A DNA stretch of 63,504 bases, filler included, from Basidiobolus ranarum (GCA_040143965.1; 17 parts of 17 records of this genome joined end to end with filler, not necessarily neighbours in it); one strand, 5' to 3'. Counted from the first letter of the whole stretch, positions 1 to 12,495 are shown. A program made the numbers and translations. Notes: generated by a model not told the origin, from the sequence alone.

Positions 1-2024
1 TGGGTCCAGCACCACCGTTGGCAGGTAGGGCGGTATTGGAGGACGAGGGTGAAGTGGGAATACTGCCAGATCCTGGTGAGCCTGGTCTTGGTGTGGTAAA
101 CGATGATCCTAATCCGTGTTGCTCCTAATAACAAGTATTAATAGATGTTTGCCGACCATAGTTATATTGTAATCATACTTTAAGCTTGACTAGTCTAGCT
201 AATCTGGCAGCAACATCATCTGAGTTGCTACTGGAGGGATAGCTAGGATTGGCCAGGGGTAGCCCAGCAGCCGGACCAGAAGGCTCAGCAGTACGCTGAA
301 GTACCTCGTAATGGCGTTCTAGGAAGGCTTGCTCATCTTCAGCAATGATGGGTGGATTCAAAACCATAGCCTTTTTATATCATAGTGTTAGGCAAGTGTC
401 AATTAGCTGCATATGCACATATCAAAAACTAACCTGGTCAGCGGTGGATTGATGCTTAATAAATGACTCGAAATAAGCTTGAGCGCCAACAATGTCTACA
501 TAATCAGGATCGTTCTCTTCAACATGGAGATCTTTTTCAAAGCCTTTAGAAACCAATTCGCAATCAAACCCATCTCGTAAAACTTTGATCTTTCCCCAAC
601 TATCCCATCCGGAGGGCACAATAACTAAATCACGTTCAACAACCTGAGCACGTGTGTTGAAAGGAAAAGTGGTATGTACAAGAGTATTAGAGTTATCTGA
701 GGGAACCCCCAACAAACGATGCAGAATGTATCGGCGTAGAGAAGCTAGTGTATCTTGGCGATGAGCAGAGGTATAGAATAAGGCAGCTCCGTCTAGATAA
801 CAACCATTATTAATGCAATTGGTTACGGTTGAGAGAAGTAAAAAAGAACTTACATTTAAGACACAAAGTTCTGAGAGTTTGCTGAATGAAATCAAACTGT
901 TCTTCTTTATAATCCATTTCTCTCTCATGTAGAGCAGTAACATCAGACTTAATCCAGAAAAGTTAGAAAATCATTTTGGTAAAACCTACCGATGGATTAG
1001 TTATTAAAACGTACCTTGGTGCAAACAACAACAATTGGGATGCCAAGATTTGTAGTGAGACAGCCAGATCCTAGTGGCAATAAGACATCGCTATTCATTG
1101 AAGAAGTAATGGTAGAAGGTGTAGCGCTTGAAATGGAGGGGTCGGTGTACTCCTGGATATATCTCTCGACTACAATGCAAGATACGTACTTAATTTATTA
1201 GGATATCCAATATTCATCGCCCTATTGAGTGCAAGTGAAATATATCTTACGTTTCTCCTTAGCCTCATCGACTACGAATTTGCCATAGGTCCATTTATTT
1301 AGATTGTCGTTATTGACTTCTCCGCCCTCTTCTCGGAGACCAACAATAGCCTCTTCAAGAAGTCGTATCCACCTTTCGAATGTCTCAACAAAAGTCCATG
1401 GTTGTGACCAATCAAGAACAATGACAACAAGAGAATTGGGGAAGGTGTTTGCATTTAGACTAAATCGAAGAAGGTCATGATATGTACTATCAGAACCAGC
1501 TAATTGATGAAGTCCAATACGTGCGACAGTTTCTATATATGAAGTAGATAAGTGTGAGTGGCTAAGCAACTAGACATCATTATTTTGATATCTCATGTAT
1601 GACCTTCATTTTCATCATCTTTAACATCCACAAATGAATAAGAAAGTGCGAGCTCATTTCTTTTGTTAAGTTCTCCCTGGTCCTCTGCGGTATCAGTACC
1701 AATAGAGACACCATTGGTTTGACCGGAGGTAATTTCATCTGGAGCACGTCGAAGATGATCGACTAGAGAGGTTTTTCCGGAATTGGAATCACCTAATATT
1801 CAAGAAATAAATAAATTTAGCTTTTCCATTTTATAGAAAGGGAAAATAGAGTAATTTTAGAACTTGAAAGTTCACTCTAGAGTGAATTTCAACGAACCTA
1901 GAATTATGATATTTTTAGATTGTACGATTTTGTTGGAGGCAACATTCTGCAAGATCGTAGACCAGATTTCCTCGCTTTCTTCTTGTGGAGACTCAACTTT
2001 CGGGCGACCGTTTAATACAGCCAT
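1..2024 (-). CDS. Cytoplasmic dynein light intermediate chain (DLIC/Dyn3-like), multi-exon, 3'-truncated at window start
   Basis: Spliced reading from ATG at 2024: MAVLNGRP..EEIWSTILQNVASNKIVQSKNIIILG|DSNSGKTSLV (P-loop). Later exons give VVIVLDWSQPW, LGIPIVVVCTK, DYKEEQFDFIQQTLRTLCLK, GAALFYTS and VPSGWDSWGKIKVL, all DLIC motifs. Introns are GT..AG. Confidence 0.9.
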
Positions 2025-2901
2025 ATTAAAGTATAAATGATTAAAAAATGTTACGTTAAACTATAAGAATGCTGAAAACGAGTGAAATAAGTTTCCTAAA
2101 TATTATGGACACTCTTTGGAAAATTCCAGGACAAAAGTTAACCCTTGACTTACCATCTGAATATTACTGATGTTGGGTCAGGATTCTTGCCACGTGACGT
2201 TGGATGTTATTTGATATTTTACTCGATGTATGAAATGGTCAATCTAATCCTGACGAATAAAAACTTCAATAGGAAATCATAAAAATATTACATGCCTAGA
2301 ATAAACAATCAATCGAGAAACCATAACATATTAAGTGTTGAGGAAAGCGAACAACGGAAGAAAGAAAAATAGTGATGGTAGGAAAAATAATCGAATTTGT
2401 ATGCTTATTCACCGTATTTCAGTCATAAGCTATAATAAATCTATATGTACATGAATATTTTCCCCATTTTAATTAGCATTTGTCGTACAACCAAATTTTG
2501 GGCCAACTTCAGCTAAATAAGATTCACATACATGTAATAGCAGACAGTATCATGATCAAACACTGGTCACTAATGGACTAAGAATATGAATATGAATGGG
2601 AGATTGCTATATCATCATTTAAAGGATGATCCATACGTTTTCCGTGACATAATAAAGGGAGAAAAGCTTGGAGTTAGAGTGGATAAAGTGCGATAAATTA
2701 GAGTTCACTGAGAAATGTACATTATTGATGATAAGGTTGTTACTGAAATGGGATAAATCTTCTTACTGTCTCGGAAAGAAAAGGATGCATGGGGAATTGA
2801 AAAGGGTAAATATGAAGTGAAAATACATATGACAAGAATTAACCCACGAATGAAAGACAAGACAATAGAATCGAGACTAAGCTCAGTTGAGGGAAAGCGA
2901 T

Positions 2902-3652
2902 CTAAATACGGGGAGACCTAGGCGGGCTAGGAGGTGCACTTTGAGTCGCCGGCCAAAGATGCTCGTTCTTTGGTTTCACGATTTTGGGACGAATCTGGAG
3001 CTCAGAGCTGATGTACAGCATGGCTCCGTTGTTGCCGTGTTTTCCACAATAGTTGGTAGCTGAAAATACAGTAATCAAGTGTCCTCCAGCAAAGAACTCA
3101 TAGCCCGCAGAGCATGCTTGATGTGCTCTTATGATAAGATCCAGGTTATTCTTTTTGATGAATTGTTTTACAATATCTGGACCAAACTTCACAATTCCAG
3201 TTCCTCGAGCTGGATTGGGGTGAAAGCCAATCTCCGAGGGGCCATCTGTTGGGTCTGACCAAAGGATATTGTGGAATGCTGCGAGAGAAGTTTCATCATT
3301 TTGGGAGAATCGTAAAGGTCGCTTTATCTTTTCAATATCTTCTAGCGACTCAAGTTGACCAGTACCACCATGAACACAAAGAATTCGATCAGATATTAAA
3401 GCTGCAATCGGTAGGCAATCAAAGACATCATTGATTTTCTCCCAAAGTTTGACCGCTACTCCATCCGGAAATCTTTCGTTCATTTCAGAATAAAAACCGT
3501 AAGTTTGATATATAAAGCGATCTTCATGGTTGCCACGAATAAGAAATACTCGAGTAGGAAACTTGATTTTAAGAGCAAATAAAAGCATAATAACATCAAC
3601 GGAATGCTGGCCTCGATCGACAAAATCTCCCAGAAATACATAGCTGACATCA
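2902..3652 (-). CDS. PPP-family Ser/Thr protein phosphatase catalytic domain, PPKL/BSU1-like; 5'-truncated
   Basis: The frame stays open to the contig edge: YVFLGDFVDRGQHS, RGNHE, HGG, LWSDP, RGTG, IRAHQ, ITVFSATNYCG, and a C-terminal W..PPSPPR. Stop TAG at 2902-2904. Confidence 0.9.
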
Positions 3653-3752
3653 NNNNNNNNNNNNNNNNNNNNNNNNNNNNNNNNNNNNNNNNNNNNTTAA
3701 TTAATTAANNNNNNNNNNNNNNNNNNNNNNNNNNNNNNNNNNNNNNNNNNNN
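3653..3752. other. Artificial contig spacer N44-TTAATTAATTAA-N44 (first of 16)
   Basis: The same 100-bp spacer also lies at 7404-7503, 11153-11252, 14901-15000, 18647-18746, 22392-22491, 26135-26234, 29876-29975, 33617-33716, 37355-37454, 41093-41192, 44831-44930, 48568-48667, 52304-52403, 56038-56137 and 59772-59871. The 12-mer gives stops in all six frames. Confidence 0.99.
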
Positions 3753-6700
3753 GGGTGGAATCTTACATGGGAGGCTTGGCTGAGAATAAGATCCCTGGTT
3801 CCAGTTTCGGTGAATTGTTTTTTGCAAGCATGGAGAACCAATTTGTCAAGATACGTAACCTAGATGCATACTGGTATGAAAACAGTCCGGACCTTATTGA
3901 ATACGTTAAAAGTACTACATGGAAAGATGTTCTTGGTAGAAATCTTCCGAAAACTGCCTCGGTACCGTCTTCCATCTGGACCTTACAACAAGAAAGCTCT
4001 GCTAGCCTTGCTGATCTATCTGGCGCTTACCGCAACGAGTATGTTGCTACCGATATGTACAAACTAAACTGGAATATTCAAGGGAATGAGATCAATTTTG
4101 CACTACAACTCAAAAGTGACCGAGGCTGGTGTGGCGTAGGCATCAATCAAGTTGGAGTCCCTATGGGCATGGTAAGTAGAGAATTTTGCTGTCCTCCTAC
4201 AACTGTATTCTTACATACGTTTATCAAAGATGAATGCAGATTTCGTAGTAGCCAATTTCTCACAAGGTGTGGTGTCTGTTGCACCTTACGACTTTCAAGG
4301 GCTTAGTGCCAGTGTGCCTGTCTCGAACAAATTGTACACAATAACCGGTCAAGGTATTACGACCTCCAATGGAGTAACAACTATCCGTTTTACTCGACCC
4401 TTGGATGCGGGTACTCCGAATAAGATCATCAATACTAAACTATTGTGTAAGTACATTCCATTTTGACCATTGTAAATTGTATCTTCTAAACTTCAAAATT
4501 CAGTAATCTGGGCATACTCAACTACCGAAACCACGCCATCACATCATAGAGAAAACAAAGGGAAAAAAGAAATGAACTTCTTTACTGGTGAGAGTTCCAA
4601 CGCTATTGGATCTACACATAAGTTCCATGGTATTGGGATGGTATTAACTTGGACGTAAGTAGAATCATTTCAAGTACTCCCATAGACTTCGCATCATTGA
4701 CTTTTTGACCATCACATAAACGAATATTAGCGGTCTTTATCCACGTAAGTTACAATTTTCAACCACTCTCTAGTTTTGATAAAAGAGAGAATACTGATTG
4801 AATATACGAACTAGTATCCATCTTCGTTGTGAGATTCCGAAAACACACAAACAATTATATGACTTTGCATCGAAATATGCAAATCATTGGTGGTATATCG
4901 GTATCTACGTTGGGCGCTGCTGCCATAGCGACCTTTACTGGATTAATGTCCAAAACACATGGGAACATAGGGCTTGTCATCTATGCATGTGTATTCTTTC
5001 AGCTTGGTTTGGGTATGGTATCACTATGGGGAAGAGAGAATACACTTTCAGTAAAGCATGGAATTACTAAATATACCAAGTATTTCCATCGAATATTTGG
5101 CACTCTTTTGTTACTATTGTCCTGGTATGGTATTTTGATGATACAAGTGAGGTTGAAAGAATACTCACCATGTTGACTATTAAAGGACCAACATATATCT
5201 TGGAATTCGCGCATACGCTCCAGAAAAAGAAAGCCTACTTACCACTCTCTACTTTGTATGGCTTGGAATCATAGTCATCTCTTTCGGTGTGGGTCAATAC
5301 TGGTATAAATACGGCAGCACGCTACAGAAGCAATCCTCAAAAGCAGATCATAGAAAATCGATGACAACTTTCTTGGTGGACAAAAAAGTAGAAAACCTTC
5401 CATTCTTTACAATAGAAGAGATCAATGAGAGAGTAGCGCAAGGGGTAAAATTCTTTCATCTTTTTTCATTGTATTGCGTTGTTACTTACCAATTGGGATT
5501 CGATAAATATAGGCTTGTCTGGTTATGATGGACGGTTATGTATTTGATATCCGAAAATGGATTCAACACCATCCTGGTAAGTGAGTAGTGCATTATCCAA
5601 ATTCGTATACCAACTCACCCTTGATACTCCTGCAGGTGGTGTCAAGATCTTGGAGGCGGTTGTGGGTACAGATATTGGAGATGACTTTTACGGCCGTCAT
5701 AAGCTAGATGAGTTAGAAGAAGGTGACAAAAAGGACACTCGACTCCGAAAGAAAAAAACCATCTTCAATAGCATTATTGGTGACTATATGACTGATAACT
5801 ATAAAAAGAAAGGGCTCGGGGACTACGTTAGCCAACTTTTCCCAGCTTCTATCTCCATAGTGAAGCATAACCATTCAAGATTTGCAGCAGAAAAGTTGGC
5901 TTCGATGCTTGTTGGACGCTTGATCGATGAAAGGGATTCCATAGGAAGAACAGACACGCAGACCAAAAGAAGAGGACAATTCTTGGGATCCACATTGAAT
6001 CCAAAACCGACTCAGCAACTTCAAAACCACCTCTATCGTCGCTATGTCGTCAACCGAATCACCGTCGTAACCCTTCCAGCGTCCAAAGCAACGGTAAAAC
6101 GCTTCGATATATCCATCCTTCATCCAATCAAAAGTATGGAGCCATTTCAGCCTGGTGAATATGTTGAAATCCAAGCAAGATATGAAAACCAAATAATAGT
6201 CCGGGCTATCACTCCAATACAAGGCACACTGTCAAAATCCTTTTACTTTTACGCAAAGCTTTATCCAGATGGACTGATGTCAAAATTCTTGGTAAGTCAC
6301 TCTAATGTAACATAATCCTGCCACTTGTCTCAACATTAAGTAATATATAGGATGACCTTCAGCCAGGTGCTCAGGTGAAAGTTCGCGGGCCTCTATACAA
6401 CGTTACCACAGATACCATTTTAAACCCTATTGAGCGTTTCTCTACCACGCATAGGTCTGCACTAAGCACTGCTTCAAGTGAAACAGTAGCCAACTCAACT
6501 CAGCTCTATGAAATTCCCAGACCGCTTCGAAACGCAACAAGGCCTGAATTTGGATGCTGGGATACACTGTATATGGTTGCTGGTGGATCTGGAATCACGC
6601 CTATGCTTCAACTGGTAGAGCATATCTTAGTATCTAAATGCTACAGCTACTGTACTAAACCATCAATTTTTAGATCTACTATCACTTAGAAAACGGGAAA

Positions 6701-7403
6701 AAGGAAGGCTCCAAAAACAATCACATGCATCTTTTGTACAGCAGCTCATCGATTTTCGATGTAATTGATGGATACACACTAGACCATTTGATCAAAAAAG
6801 CGAAAGGAAGATTAACCATCACACATGTGCTCTCGACGCCATGTGAAAATTGGAATGGCCTAACAGGGCATATAGACCATCACATCTTGCGTAAATGGAT
6901 ATGTACCTACCCCGGCAATAATGACAGCCCTCTGCAATTGGATGCATCGCTCGAAAATAAAGATCTAATGACTCCAAGAACCCCAGAAACCCCTGGGCAT
7001 GAATTCGAAGATACCATCAGCCTACCCCAAACCGTAGCTATATTAGATTCGGAAAAGCGGGAGCCTGAACCGGACATAACCGTAACTTCGGAACAGGTTA
7101 AAAACTCTGAACATATCACCAAATTCCTGGATGAAGCCATTCCAGAATTTGTACCAAAAAGCTCTCTACGTCACTCCAAAACCAAACCTAAGCGGTCAAC
7201 TCAGATCTCACCTAATGGGCAACTTGTTGGAGATTCAGATTTTCAGACATCCTCTCCAGTAACAGCAACAGCTTATCCCAGCATACCATCAGCGTCTGGA
7301 TCACTATCCACCATAGACCTCCCACAGGACCAGGGCTCCCCATGGTGGCACTCTGACGAACCACGTCCGCACACAAACATCAGTATATGCGGTCGGTTCG
7401 GTG
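3753..7403 (+). CDS. Multidomain oxidoreductase: heme peroxidase C-terminus + DOMON + cytochrome b561 + cytochrome b5 + FAD/NAD(P)H-binding reductase; multi-exon, truncated at both ends
   Basis: Peroxidase end: ESYMGGLAE..GSSFGELF..QFVKIRNLDAYWYEN. DOMON: YKLNW..GWCGVGI..MGM|MNADFVV..IRFTRPL..IWAY..HH. b561 His motifs: HGIGM, HRNMQ, HGNIG, HRIFG. b5: DGYVFDI..HHP|GG..HS. Reductase: PGEYVEI, RAITP, GLMSKFL, KVRGP, MVAGGSGITPMLQ, ISICG. Example introns: 4172-4229 and 4447-4503. Confidence 0.85.
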
Positions 7404-7503
7404 NNNNNNNNNNNNNNNNNNNNNNNNNNNNNNNNNNNNNNNNNNNNTTAATTAATTAANNNNNNNNNNNNNNNNNNNNNNNNNNNNNNNNNNNNNNNNN
7501 NNN

Positions 7504-9202
7504 CCAATGTCAAGCAAGATGGTCATTATTTCTTGCCAGTTTTGATTTTTTAATTACATATCAACCAGGTAGCCAGCATGGAAAACCTGATGCCTTATCA
7601 CATAGAGCAGAATATCAGCCTAAAGAAGGGGATGAGGCCTTTAGCCAACAAAATACTTCCTTACTGAAGCCCCACCAACTTCAAATTAGTGCAACTCCCC
7701 TTTCTCTGCCTAGTTCAAGTATATTCCATGAAGACATCCAAGAATTTCAATCTGAAGACCCATTGGTAATACCAATCTAGAAAGCCCAGGAAGCACCAAA
7801 GACCTCTCAAGCTTGAACTTGTACCACCATTTCTCTATCATCAATGATCTCTTTACTTTATAAGAAGCATTTACATTCTAGACCACATTTTCCACTCAAA
7901 ATCATGCAGGAAAAACATGACTATCACTAGCAGGACACTTTGATGTTACCAAATCATATATGTTGGCATCCAGAGATTATTGGTGGCCCAAAAAGTTTGC
8001 ATGTGTCAAGACTTATGTTTCCACCTATGATACTTGTGCTTGGGTAAAGACTAAAAGACATCAGCCCTATGGCCTCCTACAGCCACTTCCAATTTGTGAT
8101 GAGCAGTGGAAATCCATATCCCTGGATTTCATAACTTATCTACCCTTGTCTGCCAAATATGATTCAATTCTGGTAATTGTTGACCATCTAACAAAGATGG
8201 CCCACTTTGTGCCCTGCAACAAGTTAATCAATGCATAACCAACAGCAGAATTAGTAACTCAAAACATCTTTCACCTACATGGACTTCCTGAAACTATCAT
8301 CTCTGACCAATGACCTCAGTTTGCTTCCAAATTCTGAAAATTCTCCTCCATACCTTGGGTATCTCTGCTGGTCTCTTCACTGCCTTCCGTCCTAAATCTG
8401 ATGGCCAAACAGAAAGAGTCAATCAAGTTTTGGAATAATATTTGCAATGCACTATCAACTATAATCAGGATAATTGGACACAACTCTTGCCTCCTGCTGA
8501 ACTTGCTAACAACATCTCTTGTCATACATCAACAAAACAAATTCCTTTTTTGGCAATTATGGATTCCATCTATGTTTCACAATTCACCCACCATCCAATC
8601 TACCTGGCCATACTGCCTCAGACATTGCCACTTTCCTTAAAGACATCCATAAACAATTAATATCTGAGTTGGAGCATGCTCAATGCCAATACAAGAACTT
8701 TGCTGATAAGAAAAGAAAGCCCAGCCCAAATCTCAAGCCAGGTGATTATGTTTGGCTACTCCGGAAAAATATCAAAACCACTAGACCTTGTGCTAAACCT
8801 GATCATAAAAGATTAGGGCCTTTTAAGATTATTAAGCAAATGAATTCAGTAGCCTTCTGCCTTGAACTCCCAGCCTATTTCAAAGTCCACAATGTATTCC
8901 ATGTGTCTCTCTTAGAGCCACATGCTAGAAACACCTTCCAGGGCCAATCCATTGACCCACCCCAAGCAATCACAGTGGAAGAACACCCTGAATATGAAGT
9001 TAGCAAAATTCTAGATTCCAGAATTTGACAATGTAAATTGCAATATTTAGTGGACTGGAAGGGATACCTATCAAATGATCAATCATGGGAGCCAGCAACA
9101 AATCTTTCCAATTTGAAGGAACTTTGCCAGGAGTTTCATGAAGCCTATCCAAAAAAACCTGGCCCTATGATGTCTGGAAGCCATCACTCAAGACAGGGAT
9201 AC
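7504..9202 (+). mobile_element. Degenerate Ty3/Gypsy chromovirus pol: end of RNase H, integrase and chromodomain
   Basis: Motifs YWWPK, GLLQPLPI..WKSISLDFI, IVDHLTKMAHF, HGLPETIISD, GPFKIIK..LELP..HNVFHVSLLEP, and chromodomain EYEVSKILDSR..YLVDWKGY..SWEP. Many stops and frameshifts. Confidence 0.93.
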
Positions 9203-9743
9203 TATCATGATTCTGATCTTGGCATACTAATCCACTGCAAATAGAACTCTTCTATTGTCAGATTATGACATCATATCTGCTATGCCATCCCTTCTAGGCA
9301 TTCTTGTACTAGTTCATCCTGGTTACCTTTTATGGAAGTCATGTTCTTTGGAATATTCCATGAAACCTAACCAATCATGTCCACCCACACATAGTGTTTT
9401 TCCACCAAGAACTTCCATGGAAGGTCACCTGATCATCCTTACAACATCCTTACAGCATCCCTCTTTGTATTGGTCCTTGTAGTCCCCAAGACCCCAACAC
9501 TCAAACTTGCCACAGTATATTCCCAATTCTGTATATTATGTTTCACCCTGCAATGTCTATATGAAGCCCATGTATCCCTTGATCAGATCTCAGTCCAATC
9601 AACACCAGTTATTAATAAAGATTCTTGCCAAAGTATCTTCCTTGTTCAGTCTTGTCTTGTCTTGTGGTCTACACCCAAGAACTCTCCTGCCTTCTAGCCC
9701 CTTGTCATTGTTTCCAGTCCTTGTCCAGTTACTTATTGTGACA
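9203..9743 (+). repeat. 3' LTR of the Gypsy element (~541 bp)
   Basis: Follows a purine-rich tract (AAGACAGGGA). Starts TATCATGA (TGTCATGA in the copy at 45195) and ends TGTGACA. Confidence 0.75.
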
Positions 9744-10249
9744 GTTTTAGTGGATAAATTACTAGCTTACCAAACCTAGTATGATTCTTAGCTGCTTAAG
9801 AGTTACAATGTATGAATATATTGAGTGTTAATTAATATTATGACTACTTGGTCTAATGCTGATTGATGGGTACAAAAAGGCATTTCTCTATACTCTCCAG
9901 CAACAATGCTGCTTCTATTTGACATGAAAATCTTATGTTTTTCACTTGTTTTAAGTTGCAAAAGGTAATTTTCAAACTTGTGCCTTTCTATCAATATCTT
10001 GTAATTGTTAGCTGTGACACATCCAAGCCTTAAGCATTTTACCCCAGGTATTTCAAATCATATATTGTTTCTTCCTATCTGCTGATGATGCACTTATCAG
10101 CAACCATAGTCTTCAGTGAAATTTACTTCCCTGATGTGGCCCTCTGAATGAGCTTATACACTATCCCCAGTCTGGAAAATCTGGAACTCTCAGCAATGAG
10201 CTTTGTACTTGCTGGAATAGATTAGTTTTTGGTTCCTTTTGGCTCTGCT

Positions 10250-11070
10250 TGTTCTCACTGGAAGTATCCCAAGGATTTTATTGGAGAACTGTCACTATAT
10301 CACTGGCTTCCATTCTGCCAGGTACTTTGATGGTAAAATGGTGGCTTCTTAACTGCATTTTTGCAGAAAGCATACATGGTAATATTTTGATCATCACATT
10401 TGGCATGCTTTATTTTATTTCCAACAATTATAGCAAAGAACTAGTATTGAATGATAAACTACCAGGTTTACTGCTCTAGGAATTTGAATTAATATGCATG
10501 CCTTTATTTAGATATTTTAGGCTTAGTATTGCAGCCAAAATGAGAGTCAAAAAATACATGAACCATGTGATGGTTAGTCCCTACTTGTGTACATACTTGA
10601 ATATTCAGATACAACTCAATAACATTAATCCATAACAGAAATTTGAAGATTGTTATTGCAGGAAAACCATCACCATTTTAAACCATTTGGGATTGACCAT
10701 TTGCTCACTGTCATAAAATCATCATGTTAGATTTGATTTTAATCAATTTTTTCACTTTCAGGAGTGAAACTTCAAATTCTTGGAAATTGTTGTGCATGAT
10801 TGGCTACAATTGTACAGAACTATGGATCAACACATTTGCAAAAAATTAACTCAAATTTTTATACAATTACTATTTGAATGCTAATTAGTCACCTTCAAAA
10901 TCCCTAGTCTCTTTGATATATTCTCCTGAATATTTTTATAGAGTTCTTCATAACCAAGGTTTAGCTCATACCCAACACAAGTTTGTATCAATATTTCCAT
11001 CAAAACCCACCATTGGATTTGTTGAAGTTTATTGTCTTTATCATATTTGTTATCTCTAACTTTATACATC
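10250..11070. mobile_element. CACTA/EnSpm-like transposon fragments (near-left-end piece, then right end in reverse orientation)
   Basis: 10250-10620 resembles 42300-42640. 10630-11070 begins CCCATAACAGAAATTTG and resembles 51181-51570. Confidence 0.65.
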
Positions 11071-11317
11071 TAACTATTTCATATATTACATATAAGTTAG
11101 TTAACATTACTTATTCAAATATCACTTAGCTGAAAATTGGAACATATAATATNNNNNNNNNNNNNNNNNNNNNNNNNNNNNNNNNNNNNNNNNNNNTTAA
11201 TTAATTAANNNNNNNNNNNNNNNNNNNNNNNNNNNNNNNNNNNNNNNNNNNNTACACCCATTCCACGCGTATATTAACTTTTAACCCACACCTAATCAAC
11301 TATATGATAACATGTAG

Positions 11318-12495
11318 AAAGTAGAGCCAAAGCAACCATTAGAAGCCAATAGAGTTAAGGCTCTCTTTGATTTTAAAGCTACCGAAAGTGGTGAGCTTGG
11401 TTTTTACAAAGGTGACGTGATTACCGTTGTCGAAACCAAGTACAAAGAGTGGTGGAAAGGAGAGTTGAGAGGTCAAATTGGTATTTTCCCGGTGAATTAT
11501 GTGGTACGTGCTTATACCCTTCCTATTTTGAATTCAGTCATTTGTTCTAAACTTAACTTCAGGAAAAACTACCCGATCTTCCAACAGGCTCCTCTTCTAT
11601 TGGGGCTGAAGAAGAAGTTATGGCAGAAGCACATAATATCGATAGATTACTTCAGATCCTTACTAGACTGGATCCCCATAAAGATAATTTGTCAGAAAAC
11701 GAGGAACTTCAGGTAAACAAGTTCAAGCAGCTAGTTACTTCGCTCTCCACTAACATGAAGTGCAAACCTTTTAAATCTAGACCCTCTATAATATTACCCT
11801 TTCGTTACGTCCTAAGTTAGTCAAGTTAATAGGAACTTATAGTCATAAAAAAGGTTAGTTTCGTTGCTGTAGCTCATGAATTCCGGTCACCAACTCCAAT
11901 AATTAATATGTAATTTAGATGGACTTGTTGACCTGAATGAAAAGTTCCAGGAAGCCCGATCGACGTACAACACTCTGATGGAATCATCTGTAGCCAAATA
12001 TACAAACAGTGAGTTTTCGTTATAGTTATGATATTCCTTGAATTGGTGCATTTCGCCAGTACTTGGCATACTATCCAAAATCCGACCACGTATCCTAACC
12101 ATCTTTCTTGAGACTCCTCATATGGACAGTATCCACCGCAATCTATGTACAACCCTGGTCTTGATCGGAGAGACAGTCACTCATACGGGCCATCTACTTC
12201 ACCTAGAGTAGGACCTGGATACCAACATGACAGTTCAGCTGATTCTTACAGGATACCTCAGCAAGGTACTGGCGGCTACAATTCTCATATCCCTCCAGCA
12301 GATTATGGTCATGCTCAGTATCAAAATCACCCGCCACCTGGAAATAATCAACAAAGCCAAACCGATGGCTGTTACCCTCCTCAAAGATATAACGAATATC
12401 CAACCTCACCATCAGGATATATACCACCCGCAAGACATTCCGAAAGCGACCCATACAATGCATCAGCTACAAATTACGGAGGGCGTGGATACTAA
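11318..12495 (+). CDS. HSE1: ESCRT-0 subunit Hse1/STAM (SH3, GAT, Pro/Tyr-rich tail); 5'-truncated, multi-exon
   Basis: SH3 [38 protein letters not shown] is followed by GAT-type [33 protein letters not shown]|..LNEKF..AR..Y. Stop TAA at 12493-12495. Confidence 0.85.

Noticed and set aside
3697-3708. Recurring TTAATTAATTAA as a biological repeat
   Set aside because: Always centred in N44 runs; it is a six-frame-stop assembly linker.
9255-9779. Short ORFs in the Gypsy LTR, similar to the ORF at 44883-45116
   Set aside because: The similarity comes from LTR DNA homology, with no protein motif.
9744-10250. CpG-poor segment after the Gypsy LTR as a further transposon
   Set aside because: Probably repeat-derived, but it has no second copy in the window and no recognisable motif.
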